DNA of 64,000 bases from a bacterium (GTDB lineage Bacteria; UBA8248). Location: assembly GCA_965213625.1 (NCBI GenBank), contig CBDBZU010000004.1, forward strand, positions 1,824,001-1,888,000, read 5' to 3'. Under the pieces are notes generated by a model. The model was not told the origin of the DNA. It was given only the letters and a program-made list of their open reading frames with translations, and did not search any database. The position numbers were made by a program, and so were the translations under genes. Shown piece after piece: positions 50,137 to 59,978 of the stretch (positions within the stretch are counted from its first letter, which is position 1; the number at the start of each line of letters is the position of its first letter).

Positions 50137-50523
50137 ATGAGAACGTTTCGGTCGAGAAGATTTTTCATCTGTGCAGGCCCGGTGCTCGCAGTGGCGCTCT
50201 TTTCTTGGTCCTCTGGTGACGGGGCCGCCCAGCAAAAAGGCGACGTTGCGGCCGGCAAGGTCAAATACCTGCAGCTTTGCGCCTCCTGCCACGGCGCATC
50301 GGGCAAGGGAGACGGCGTCGCAGCCAAGGCGCTCAGCCCGAAGCCGAGAAATCACACGGACGGCAAATACATGAAGACCATAACGGATGAATATATCGCC
50401 AAGATTACCAAACTGGGCGGGGTCGCGGTAGGGAAATCGCCGTTGATGCCACCCTGGGGCGGTGTTCTTTCGGACGCCGACCTCCAGAATCTGGTCGCAT
50501 TCATGCGCTCGCTGGCGAAATAG
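50137..50523 (+). CDS. periplasmic monoheme cytochrome c
   Basis: Signal peptide, CASCH, KGDG..PKPRN, distal Met in MPPW. Confidence 0.9.
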   Translation: MRTFRSRRFFICAGPVLAVALFSWSSGDGAAQQKGDVAAGKVKYLQLCASCHGASGKGDGVAAKALSPKPRNHTDGKYMKTITDEYIAKITKLGGVAVGKSPLMPPWGGVLSDADLQNLVAFMRSLAK

Positions 50524-50533
50524 GATCGCGTAC

Positions 50534-52585
50534 ATGGACTCAGGGAATCGGGAGGCCCTACCTCCTGTGCGCTCCTTTCGGGTCGAGTTGCCCGGCCACG
50601 ACCACTGGCGGAAAACGATTTGCTGTCAGGATGCGTGTCCTGTACACACGGACGCGCGGGGTTACGTCACGGCCATCTCCGAGGAGGACTTCGAGCGCGC
50701 CTACATCATCGCCCGGGGACCGAACCCCTTCGCGTCGGTTTGCGGGCGCGTCTGTGCGGCGCCATGCGAAGCGGCCTGCCGCCGCGGCAACATCGATTCG
50801 CCGGTGGCCATCCGGGCGCTCAAGCGATTCGTGACGGAGCGCTACGGGGTAGAGGCCGATTTGGCCTCCGGCAAGGGGGAATCCGCCTTCTCGCAGCGCA
50901 GCCTCAGGAGCATGCGGGACCTCCGCTTCCAGCCCTCAACGCGCACCATCAACGATTTCTCGGTGCTCGAAGCGGCCCGCCGCAAGCCCGGGGGGGTGGA
51001 GACGGCGGGGCGAAAGGCCGCCGTCGTCGGTTCGGGCGTGGCGGGGTTGACCTGCGCGCACGATCTTGCCCTGCTCGGCTACGACGTGAGCGTTTTCGAA
51101 AAACAGGAAGTCCCCGGAGGCATGCTCATGCTCGGGGTTCCCGAATACCGCCTTCCGCGCGATCTCGTTCAGGCCGAGATTCAGGCCATCCTCAGCCTGG
51201 GCGTGGAGCTGCGGGTGAACAAGGCCATTGGGCGGGACTTCGACCTCTCCACCCTTCGCAAGGAAGGCTTCGAAGCGGTGTTCATCGCCATCGGCGCGCA
51301 TGTGAGCCGTTCTCTTCCCATGGAAGGCCAGGACGCGGACGGTGTTTTCCGGGCCGTCGAATTTCTGCTGAACGTGAATCTGAACTTCCGCGTCGAGTTG
51401 GGCGAGCGCGTAGTTGTGATCGGCGGGGGAAACGTGGCCATGGACGCCGCTCGGGTCGCCGCCCGGGTGGCCGGTGAGGCGGATTCCGCCGCTAGAACTG
51501 CCGATCAAACGGAAGACGCAGTTCTCATGCGCGAGATGATGGATGTGGCCCGCGAGGCGATGCGCGTGGGAGCGAGGAAAGTCCACGTCATCTGCCTGGA
51601 ATCTCGCGACGAGATGCCTGCTGCGGACTTCGAGATCGAAGAGGCGCTCGAAGAGGGAATCGATCTCGAGCCCCGGGTGGGGCCAGTCCGCATCGTGGAG
51701 AAAGATGGCCGGGTGGTCGGGCTGGAAGTCCACACGTGCACCCGCGTCTTCAATGAGGAGGGCCGCTTCAACCCGGAATTCGAGCCGGATACCAAGCGCG
51801 TGATTCCGTGCGATTCGGTTATCGTGGCCGTCGGCCAGGCTTCGGACCTTTCCTGGATCAAGGATGAGGACGGCGTCGAGACGACGCCGCGCGGGACCAT
51901 TCGCGTCGATCCCGAAACCTTGGCCACGACCGCTCCCGGCATCTACGCGGGCGGAGACGTCGCCATGGGTCCCCGGATATTCATCGAAGGGGTGGAAAAC
52001 GGTCACCGGGCCGCTCGCTCCATACACACCTTTCTGTCAGGCGGTCAGGCGGGCGTCCAGACGCATCTCCAGTGGGCCTCCATCGAACCCTTGCAGCAGG
52101 CACTACTTCAGGAGTCGGGGGAGGGATATCCCCTTCCCATCGTCAATCCCGGATACCAGAAAGTGTCTCGGCGAAACCCGGACGCCCTGCCCATCGAGCG
52201 CAGAATCGGCGTCGCCGAGGTGGAACTGGGTTATTCGCCCGCAGATGCGGTTGGGCAGGGAATGCGGTGTCTGCGCTGCAGCGCGAATCCGATCTTCGAT
52301 GGCGCCAAATGCATCCTCTGCGGCGGTTGTGTGGACGTCTGCCCGTCGCGCTGCCTGCGAATGGTTCCCCTGGAAGCATTACAGGGAGGAGAGGATCTGG
52401 CGGCTCTGGTGCAGGCCCGATTTGGAACGTCCGCCGGGGGCGCCGGAGAGTCGGGGATGGGCGCAGCCATGATCATGGATCCGGACAAGTGCATCCGTTG
52501 TTCGCTCTGCGCCCAGCGCTGTCCCACGGGCGCCGTTACCATCGAGAATTTTTCTTTCCAGGAAGAGTGGGTTGAGCTTGGATGA
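50534..52585 (+). CDS. FAD/NAD(P)-dependent Fe-S oxidoreductase (GltD/NfnL/DsrL-like) with C-terminal ferredoxin domain
   Basis: CQDACP, CGRVCAAPCEAAC, GSGVAGL, GGGNVAMD, RCLRC, CILCGGCVDVCP, CIRCSLCAQRCP; no signal peptide. Confidence 0.88.
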   Translation: MDSGNREALPPVRSFRVELPGHDHWRKTICCQDACPVHTDARGYVTAISEEDFERAYIIARGPNPFASVCGRVCAAPCEAACRRGNIDSPVAIRALKRFVTERYGVEADLASGKGESAFSQRSLRSMRDLRFQPSTRTINDFSVLEAARRKPGGVETAGRKAAVVGSGVAGLTCAHDLALLGYDVSVFEKQEVPGGMLMLGVPEYRLPRDLVQAEIQAILSLGVELRVNKAIGRDFDLSTLRKEGFEAVFIAIGAHVSRSLPMEGQDADGVFRAVEFLLNVNLNFRVELGERVVVIGGGNVAMDAARVAARVAGEADSAARTADQTEDAVLMREMMDVAREAMRVGARKVHVICLESRDEMPAADFEIEEALEEGIDLEPRVGPVRIVEKDGRVVGLEVHTCTRVFNEEGRFNPEFEPDTKRVIPCDSVIVAVGQASDLSWIKDEDGVETTPRGTIRVDPETLATTAPGIYAGGDVAMGPRIFIEGVENGHRAARSIHTFLSGGQAGVQTHLQWASIEPLQQALLQESGEGYPLPIVNPGYQKVSRRNPDALPIERRIGVAEVELGYSPADAVGQGMRCLRCSANPIFDGAKCILCGGCVDVCPSRCLRMVPLEALQGGEDLAALVQARFGTSAGGAGESGMGAAMIMDPDKCIRCSLCAQRCPTGAVTIENFSFQEEWVELG

Positions 52586-53078
52586 CATGACTGCGGGCAT
52601 GGATGAACAGACCCCCCGGCGGCGTATGCTTCTGGGCCTCGGCTGGGTTTCTTTTCTGATTTCCCTGCTGGGCCCGGTTCTCGCCAACGTCCGCTTCTTG
52701 TTCCCCAACGTCGTTTATGAGGGTGAGTCGGTTCTGAAACTCGACGCCCTGGAGAAATACACCGTGGGGTCCATCACGTTTTTCGCCAACAAGAAAATCG
52801 TTTTGTTTCGTGAAAAAGACGGGTTCCGCGCCTGCACGGCCGTCTGTCCTCATCTTCGCTGCGTGATTACCCCCTTTGTCGGGGCGCCGGGCGCGTCTCC
52901 GGATATTTTGAGGGCCCGGTGCCCGTGCCACGGCAGCACTTTCGATGGGCGGGGACAGGTGCTCGGAGGGCCTGCGCCGCGCGGACTCGACTTCTTCCTC
53001 GTGACGAAATCGCCGGATGGCCGCGTCGTCGTCGATACGCGCAAAGTCGTTGCCCCGTCCGAGCATTTCAAGCTCTGA
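52572..53078 (+). CDS. Rieske iron-sulfur subunit of a Rieske/cytochrome b complex
   Basis: RRRMLL plus TM anchor; CPHLRC, CPCHGSTF, GPAPRGL. Confidence 0.9.
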   Translation: MSLDDMTAGMDEQTPRRRMLLGLGWVSFLISLLGPVLANVRFLFPNVVYEGESVLKLDALEKYTVGSITFFANKKIVLFREKDGFRACTAVCPHLRCVITPFVGAPGASPDILRARCPCHGSTFDGRGQVLGGPAPRGLDFFLVTKSPDGRVVVDTRKVVAPSEHFKL

Positions 53079-53087
53079 GCCGTCATC

Positions 53088-54584
53088 ATGGTCACCGAAT
53101 CACCGCAGAAATCAGGCCGCAGTCAAGCCGTATCGTGGCTTAGGGACAACCGCGTCGTCCGTTCGATTTTCCGCCGCGGTTATCCGGACAACGATCTGGA
53201 TCGCGCGGCCGTCATGTTCTCGAATTTCTTCCTGCACGTCCTTCCCGCGCGAACGCACGTTCACAGCCTGAAACCCACCTATACCTGGGGACTCGGCATC
53301 ATCTCCCTGTTCCTCTTCGTGATCCTTCTGGGCACCGGCGCTTTGCTCATGTTCTTCTACGTCCCCTCGACCGAGCGCGCCTACAGCGACATGAAGGATC
53401 TGGAATTCGTCGTCTCCTACGGCGTCGTCCTGCGGAATCTCCATCGCTGGGCCGCTCACGCGATGGTCGCCGTCGTCTTCTTGCACATGTGCCGTGTGTT
53501 CTATACGGCCAGCTACAAGGCGCCCCGCGAGTTCAACTGGGTCATCGGGGTGCTCCTCTGGGGGGCGACCCTGATGATGAGCTTCACGGGCTACCTCCTC
53601 CCCTGGGATCAGCTCGCCTTTTGGGCCATCACCGTCGGGTCGAGCATCGCCAGCTACCCGCCCCTGGTTGGAGAATCCATCCGCACGCTGATGCTCGGGG
53701 GCGATACGGTGGGGCAGAACGCGCTGATCCGGTTCTACGTCATGCACGTCATGCTCCTGCCGGGCATCATGATGATACTCATGGGCGTCCATTTCTGGCG
53801 GATACGCAAAGACGGAGGCCTTTCCCGTCCACCCACGCCGCCCTCTGAGGCAGCCCGGGGCGAGACGGCGGCTTTTTCGCCGCACAAGACGTACATGCTC
53901 GTGGAACTGGCCGAGGGCAAGACGCCCACGGTGGATACGCAGGCCCCGGAAGAAGAGGTTATGAGCTGGCCTCACACGGTGTTCAGGATGCTGGTCGTCT
54001 TCGTGGGAGTCGTGGCCGTTCTCTCCGTTGTCGCCTACTTTTTCGATGCGCCCCTGGAAGAGCTGGCCAACCCGGACCATCCGCCAAATCCCGCCAAGGC
54101 GCCCTGGTACTTTCTCGGACTTCAGGAAATCGTGAGCTATTCCGCTCTGGCGGGAGGCGTCATCGTTCCCGCCGCCGCGATTATCGGCCTCATGAGCATT
54201 CCCTACATCGACCGCAACCCCGAGGGCCAGGGAAACTGGTTCACCTCGGGCCAGGGCCGGCGGATTACGCTCTGGTCGGTCCTGGTGATCATTCCGGTCG
54301 TCCTCGTCCTGACGTATCTGAACGAGCACTACGCGGTGCGGAAACTGGTTCCGGGCGCCTCGCAGATATGGGTCGACCTTTTGAATCCGGGGACTATACT
54401 GATCCTCCTCTTCGCGGTCGGTTCGCTCTACATCTGGCGGCGGACGGGGTCGAGCCGGATGGGGGCCCTGGCCCTCTATTCTTATTTTCTGACGTCTTAT
54501 CTGATTTACACGTTCATCGGGCTTTATTTCCGCGGCGCCAACTGGGCCTGGATATGGCCGTGGCAGGCGGCGGGTCTGCACTGA
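53088..54584 (+). CDS. cytochrome b (unsplit, C-terminally extended) of a Rieske/cyt b complex
   Basis: [30 protein letters not shown], Qo-site motif KAPWYF, PYIDRNP. Confidence 0.92.
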   Translation: MVTESPQKSGRSQAVSWLRDNRVVRSIFRRGYPDNDLDRAAVMFSNFFLHVLPARTHVHSLKPTYTWGLGIISLFLFVILLGTGALLMFFYVPSTERAYSDMKDLEFVVSYGVVLRNLHRWAAHAMVAVVFLHMCRVFYTASYKAPREFNWVIGVLLWGATLMMSFTGYLLPWDQLAFWAITVGSSIASYPPLVGESIRTLMLGGDTVGQNALIRFYVMHVMLLPGIMMILMGVHFWRIRKDGGLSRPPTPPSEAARGETAAFSPHKTYMLVELAEGKTPTVDTQAPEEEVMSWPHTVFRMLVVFVGVVAVLSVVAYFFDAPLEELANPDHPPNPAKAPWYFLGLQEIVSYSALAGGVIVPAAAIIGLMSIPYIDRNPEGQGNWFTSGQGRRITLWSVLVIIPVVLVLTYLNEHYAVRKLVPGASQIWVDLLNPGTILILLFAVGSLYIWRRTGSSRMGALALYSYFLTSYLIYTFIGLYFRGANWAWIWPWQAAGLH

Positions 54585-54596
54585 GGCGGATGACGG

Positions 54597-55409
54597 ATGG
54601 CGAATTCAAATCACAATGATTCCCATGTGCCGTTCGGGTGGGTGGTCGCCTTCGCCGCCCTGAGCGTGTGCGCGGCCCTGTTTTTTCTGCTCTCCGTCTG
54701 GAAGGACTATGACCGCGAATGGCGGGGCTACCAGCGGACGTTCCGCGAATTGCTCGTCGAAAGGGCCGGAACCGAAGAAGAGCGCAAATCAGTTCTGGCG
54801 AGCGGGGATCAGTTCGAGCAAATCATCGTGGCCAATGGCGAGCGCGTGGACAGGTGCGTCATGTGCCACCGGGGGGTCGAGCACCCGGCGTTCAAGGATG
54901 CCGACCAGCCTTTCGCCAGGCATCCCTCCATTCCGCTGCATCCCTTCGAGCAATTCGGCTGCACCGTGTGCCACCAGGGCCAGGGCAGGGCGACGACCGT
55001 TCAGGACGCCCACGGAGAAGTCCCGTTCTGGGAAGAGCCGCTGCTGCGGGGCGGGTTCATTCAGGCCAGCTGCGGTCCGTGCCACGCAGGCGCCCTGAAA
55101 GATGCCCCTCTCATCCAGAGGGGAAAGCTACTTTATCTGATGAACGGCTGTCTCGCCTGCCACAAAATCAGAGGCGCCGGCGGGGTCATCGGGCCTGACC
55201 TCACGTTTGCGGGCGAACGCCGGAAGGACCCGAAGTGGCACATCGAACACTTCAAGTTTCCGCAAAAGGTTTCTCCCGGCTCCGCCATGCCCGCCTACGG
55301 CCATTTGAAGCCGGAGGATCTCGAAGCGCTGACGGTCTACATGCTGAGCCTCCGCAGGGCGCCTTCCGCCCTGGCGCTGGCTGCTCCCATAACTCCCAAA
55401 AAGAAATAG
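54597..55409 (+). CDS. membrane-anchored tetraheme cytochrome c
   Basis: N-terminal TM; CVMCH, CTVCH, CGPCH, CLACH; GPDL and SAMP motifs. Confidence 0.88.
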   Translation: MANSNHNDSHVPFGWVVAFAALSVCAALFFLLSVWKDYDREWRGYQRTFRELLVERAGTEEERKSVLASGDQFEQIIVANGERVDRCVMCHRGVEHPAFKDADQPFARHPSIPLHPFEQFGCTVCHQGQGRATTVQDAHGEVPFWEEPLLRGGFIQASCGPCHAGALKDAPLIQRGKLLYLMNGCLACHKIRGAGGVIGPDLTFAGERRKDPKWHIEHFKFPQKVSPGSAMPAYGHLKPEDLEALTVYMLSLRRAPSALALAAPITPKKK

Positions 55410-55434
55410 AAGCGGCATCGCTTTCGGGAACGCA

Positions 55435-55474
55435 ATTTATCGAAAAACCTCGTAAATTTATCTGAATTTATCGA
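55435..55474. repeat. three ATTTATCGA-type repeats
   Basis: ATTTATCGA at 55435, ATTTATCTG at 55456, ATTTATCGA at 55466; reverse complement of the motif at 25905-25954. Confidence 0.55.
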
Positions 55475-55745
55475 ATTTTTCAGATTTAATCCGACCGAAG
55501 AGGGAGGATGAAACCCGTCCCGATCGAGCCCGGGAACTGCCCCGCCATATCCGAGCCGCCGTTGCGGCGCGCACCGCTGCCGGGAACGCCTCGGTTGATG
55601 AGGCGAATCCCCGGCGATTGGCTCTCAAAGGCCTTAGTTTTTGCGAGAGAACGCTAAAAATGTTACTAATGTATTCAATCTGACATTTTGTTTGCCCCTT
55701 GATAAGGGCATCTTTCTTTTTATAACGAGGTAGGGATTCGATTTC

Positions 55746-56714
55746 ATGAATGATGCACGGGATTTTCATTTCGGCTATCTGCTGCCAACGCGCGGCGTCG
55801 TCGTGGCGGCGGGAGGCGAAGCGCCGGACACCGACCCCATATTTTCTCTCGCGAAAAAGGCCGAGAACCTCGGCCTCGACTCCGTGTGGCTCGGCGACAG
55901 TGTGCTGGCCAAACCGCGCATGGAGAGCTTCACCACCTGGGCGGCGGTTCTCGCCTCGACCGAGCGCGTTCAGGTCGGTACGGCGGTGATGCTTGCGGCG
56001 CTCAGGCATCCGGTCATGCTCGCCCAATCGATGAGCACGCTCGACTGCATGTTCCCCGGGCGCGTCCTTCCCGGTCTGGGCGTGGGGCGAACGGACTTGA
56101 AGTTCGAGTTCGAGACCATTGGCGTGCCGATCAACGAGCGCGCGCGCCGCTTCTCCGAGACGGTGGAGATACTCAAGCTCCTCATGCGCGAATCACAGGC
56201 GAACTATGCGGGCAGGCATTTCTCCTTCGAGGGCGTAGCGCTCGAGCCGAGGCCCAAAACCCCCGGCGGCCCTCCGGTCTGGCTTTCGAGCAATCTGGTG
56301 GAATCAGGCCTGAAGCGCGTAGCGCGCTTCGCCGACGGCTGGATCACGAACTCCATCACGGCGGATCTCTATCGCCAGTGCTGGGAGAAGATACTCGCGT
56401 ATTCCGATGAGTTCGGCAGAACCGAAGAAGTGGAAAAGATTCCCCAGTGCCTCTACGTGACGATGAACATCAATCCCGATGGAGCGAAGGCGGAAGCCCA
56501 GTGCGGTGAATTTCTCTCGAAGTACTACCACAAAACCTTCGATGAGGTGCGCAAGCAACTCCTTGTCCTTGCCGGGGATGGGGACCGCGTGGAGGAAGAT
56601 CTCAGATCGTATGCTGCGGAGGGAGCGCGCGTCTTCGTCGTTCGCTTCGCGGGCGGCGTCCAGGAAGAGCAACTTGAGAATTTCGTCTCCGAACTCTTGC
56701 CGAGGTTCAAGTAG
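55746..56714 (+). CDS. LLM-class flavin/F420-dependent oxidoreductase
   Basis: LLPTR, DSVWLGDSVLAKPR, RVARFADGW. Confidence 0.88.
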   Translation: MNDARDFHFGYLLPTRGVVVAAGGEAPDTDPIFSLAKKAENLGLDSVWLGDSVLAKPRMESFTTWAAVLASTERVQVGTAVMLAALRHPVMLAQSMSTLDCMFPGRVLPGLGVGRTDLKFEFETIGVPINERARRFSETVEILKLLMRESQANYAGRHFSFEGVALEPRPKTPGGPPVWLSSNLVESGLKRVARFADGWITNSITADLYRQCWEKILAYSDEFGRTEEVEKIPQCLYVTMNINPDGAKAEAQCGEFLSKYYHKTFDEVRKQLLVLAGDGDRVEEDLRSYAAEGARVFVVRFAGGVQEEQLENFVSELLPRFK

Positions 56715-57899
56715 ATGGTCCTGGAGAATGGAACGGGAGCCTCCAAAGAAGAGATTAAGGGGAGGATATCGGATGCGCGCGGCCTCATGCGCAAGGGGGG
56801 TCTCGACGTTCTCCTCGTCATCGGGCGCTCTTTTTACGACCGCATGGGGAGCCTGACCTATCTCACGAATCATTTTCCGCCGTTTCCGCCGGGGGCGTTC
56901 AGCGATACGGTTCGCGGCATGGGCCACGGGGTGCTCGTCCTGCCGATTGAGGATGAGCCGCTGCTCTTCGTGGATCACAGGAACTATCGCGCAGAGATGG
57001 TGCACGTCGAAAACGTCCAGGTGGAGGCGAACATCTCCGCGGGCCTGGTGAATCAACTGGGGCGCTTGGGAGCCGGGAGCGCGCGGGTGGGCATCGCCGG
57101 TGAGGACATCATGCCGGCGACGATGTACATCGACCTTACTTCCGCGCTGCCAGAGGCGCACTTCTCGAACGCGAACGCCCTGGTGGAGCAGCTTCGCGCG
57201 AGGAAGAGCGAAACCGAGGTCGCCTACTTGAAGTGTGCGGCGGATATCGTCGAGGCGGGCTACTCCGCTATTTTCGACGCGGTTCGCCCCGGCGTGAGCG
57301 AGAGCGACTTGTGCGCCGAGGGCCACGCGGCGGGGATGCGCGCGGGGGCTGATTTCGTGCGCTACGTCCGCGTTCACAGCGGCCCGTGGGCGAGCTGGGG
57401 TTCGCGCTGGCCGCAGGCGACGCAGAGGAAACTGGAGGCGGGCGATTTGATCCGCTTCGACTACGTGGGCGCGGTGGAGGGCTACGGGTTCGACGTCAAC
57501 CGCACCGCCGTGGTTCCCGGAAAGAAACTGGAGAAAGACGTCGAGGAGATGCTGGAGTTGACCGTCGCGACCTCGGAGGCGGCGATGGGCGCAGTCCGCG
57601 CGGGCGCAAAGGCTTTAGACGTTCATGAGGCGGCGAGTCGGTTCCTGGATGATAACGCGAACGGGGCGGGGCAGCACCTCTTCCCGATGGCGGGGCACGG
57701 CATCGGTCTTGAAACCGTGGAGGCGCCCATCATCAGGCCGGACAACGAGATGATTCTCGAGCGCAATATGGTGCTCTGCGTGGAGCCGCAGTTCGTGCTG
57801 CCCGAGGTGGGGGGTACGAACATCGAGCAGATGGTGCTCGTTGAGGAAGATGGATGCGAACTTCTCACGACGACCACCACGCGCCCTTGGGCGGAGTGA
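56715..57899 (+). CDS. M24 (Xaa-Pro peptidase/creatinase) family protein
   Basis: LRARKSETE, FD..GYGFDVNRT, GHGIGL, VEP, IEQ metal ligands. Confidence 0.88.
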   Translation: MVLENGTGASKEEIKGRISDARGLMRKGGLDVLLVIGRSFYDRMGSLTYLTNHFPPFPPGAFSDTVRGMGHGVLVLPIEDEPLLFVDHRNYRAEMVHVENVQVEANISAGLVNQLGRLGAGSARVGIAGEDIMPATMYIDLTSALPEAHFSNANALVEQLRARKSETEVAYLKCAADIVEAGYSAIFDAVRPGVSESDLCAEGHAAGMRAGADFVRYVRVHSGPWASWGSRWPQATQRKLEAGDLIRFDYVGAVEGYGFDVNRTAVVPGKKLEKDVEEMLELTVATSEAAMGAVRAGAKALDVHEAASRFLDDNANGAGQHLFPMAGHGIGLETVEAPIIRPDNEMILERNMVLCVEPQFVLPEVGGTNIEQMVLVEEDGCELLTTTTTRPWAE

Positions 57900-58048
57900 G
57901 TCAGGCGCCGCATGGCAGGGTATGAAAGCGCCGCGTAAGCGAGAATGAAATTCATGCGTGTAATGCGCTCGTAATTTTCGTGTGAGACGCTTCCTGATGC
58001 GTCTGGCGTTTGTTCGCGAAAACGCATCACCAAGGGGACGGAATTTCG

Positions 58049-59923
58049 ATGAAGCGATTCTTGAACCCGGTTGCGCTGCTGGCCATCGTCTGGTCCGTCA
58101 TCCAGCTGTACTGGGCCTTTTTCGGGATGCTTCACGTCTTCACCTCCAGGCCGCTCCACCTGAGTTTCGCGCTGGGCATCGTCTTTCTCACCAAACCTTT
58201 CCGCAAGGAAGGCCGCGTAGGCCCAGTCGATTACGTTCTGACCGTCATCGCCATGTCCATCGCGGTGCTCTATCTGTATGAGTGGAACTTCCTGAACGAG
58301 CGCATCCGCGACGTGGATGAGGTCCCCACGCGCTATATCTACTTAGGTCTCGCCTACATCCTCCTGACCGTCGAGGCCTCGCGTCGTTATCTCGGCTGGG
58401 GCGTCACCTCGGTGGCCGTCGTGGCGCTGGTCTATAATTTCCTGGGCCACCTGATACCGGGCGCCCTGGGACACCGCTTCATCCTGTTGACCGAGTTCAT
58501 CGAGTTCCAGATCCTGGGTGTCGAGGGTTTGCTGGGCGTTCCGCTGGGCGTGAGCGCGGAGGTGGTGTTCTATTTCGTGCTCTTCTCGGCGGCGCTTGAG
58601 GTCTCGGGCGGTGGGCGTATGTTCATCGATCTGGCCATACGGCTCACCGGTGCGTTCCGCGGCGGTCCGGCCAAGGCGGCAATCGTGAGCAGCAGCCTCA
58701 TGGGAACCATCAGCGGGAGCGCGACGGCGAACGTCGTGGGTACCGGCATCTTCACCATCCCGCTCATGAAGCGCCTGGGCTTCGCCCCACATTACGCGGG
58801 CGCGGTGGAAGCGGTGGCTTCCACGGGCGGGCAGCTCATGCCGCCCATCATGGGCGCCGGGGCCTTCATCCTGGCCGACATGACGGGCACCCCATATCTG
58901 AGAGTGGCGGGCGCGGCGGCCATTCCGGCCATCATCTACTACGTCTCGCTGTTCTTCATGGTCGACCTCGAGGCGAAGAAGCTGAACTTGAAGGGATTGA
59001 GCAAAGAAGAGATGCCGGAACTCAAGAGCATCCTCATGGAACGCGGCCTTCTGCTCTTCCCGATCATCCTGCTCCTGGGCTACATGATCGCCGGCTTCAC
59101 TTTGATGTGGTCGGCCACCTCGGCGGCCATAGGCGTGGTGGTGCTCAGTTGGGTGCGCAAGTCGACCCGCATGGGACCCGAGAAGATAATCGAGGCGCTC
59201 GAGAAGGCCGGTCGCATGACGGTCCCCGTCGCGGTTCCCTGCGCCATCGCGGGCGTCGTGGTCGGCGTGGTGGACGATACGGGCATCGGCCTTAAATTCT
59301 CGGGCCTCATCGTTAACATCTCGGGCGGTATGATCCTGCCCGCGCTGGGGCTGACTCTTATCGGCTGCGTCATCATGGGCATGGGAATGCCGACTGCCGC
59401 CGCCTACATCATGGCGGGCACGCTTCTGGGGCCTGCGCTCTTCAAGCTCGGCCTCCCCGTTCTGGCGGCGCATATGTTCATCTACTATTTCGCCATTCTC
59501 TCGATGCTGACGCCGCCGGTGGCGCTCTCGGCCTATGTCGCATCGGGCGTGGCCGACTCTGATCTGACCGCCACGGGCTGGAAGGCGTTTCAGCTCTCTT
59601 TGGCGGGATTTCTCATTCCCTTTGTGTTCGTATATAATCCTTCCATGCTTTTCATCGGTCCGCTCGGCGAGACGCTCTGGGTGTCGCTCACCTGCATTAT
59701 CGGTGTAGCGGCCCTGGCGGCGGCGATCACCGGGCACATATCGATCCCCTTGGCGGCTTGGGAACGGGCGGTTTTCTTTATCTGTTGCCTGGGGCTGATC
59801 GTTCCCGAGAAGTTGACGGACGTCATCGGCTCCGTTTTGCTGGTCATAGTTTTCTGGCGTCATCTGACGCGCGCAAAGAAAAGCGCACTCGACATGAGTT
59901 CGGCGGATCCGGCTTCATCGTAA
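58049..59923 (+). CDS. TRAP transporter fused permease
   Basis: RGGPAKAA, ASTGGQLMPPIMG, GMGMPTAAAY, LTPPVAL. Confidence 0.92.
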   Translation: MKRFLNPVALLAIVWSVIQLYWAFFGMLHVFTSRPLHLSFALGIVFLTKPFRKEGRVGPVDYVLTVIAMSIAVLYLYEWNFLNERIRDVDEVPTRYIYLGLAYILLTVEASRRYLGWGVTSVAVVALVYNFLGHLIPGALGHRFILLTEFIEFQILGVEGLLGVPLGVSAEVVFYFVLFSAALEVSGGGRMFIDLAIRLTGAFRGGPAKAAIVSSSLMGTISGSATANVVGTGIFTIPLMKRLGFAPHYAGAVEAVASTGGQLMPPIMGAGAFILADMTGTPYLRVAGAAAIPAIIYYVSLFFMVDLEAKKLNLKGLSKEEMPELKSILMERGLLLFPIILLLGYMIAGFTLMWSATSAAIGVVVLSWVRKSTRMGPEKIIEALEKAGRMTVPVAVPCAIAGVVVGVVDDTGIGLKFSGLIVNISGGMILPALGLTLIGCVIMGMGMPTAAAYIMAGTLLGPALFKLGLPVLAAHMFIYYFAILSMLTPPVALSAYVASGVADSDLTATGWKAFQLSLAGFLIPFVFVYNPSMLFIGPLGETLWVSLTCIIGVAALAAAITGHISIPLAAWERAVFFICCLGLIVPEKLTDVIGSVLLVIVFWRHLTRAKKSALDMSSADPASS

Positions 59924-59978
59924 ACAACGCAATATAAACGGAACTATTCGTGGCATTTCCAACAGAGGAGTTTTCAAA

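Noticed and set aside
50534-52585. Glutamate synthase gltD, or dsrL of sulfur metabolism
   Set aside because: No gltB or dsr genes adjacent; the gene is coupled to a Rieske/cyt b operon
55490-55640. Possible cobalamin riboswitch (GGGAA..CTGCCCCGC)
   Set aside because: The remaining conserved B12-box elements were not found and the downstream gene is unrelated
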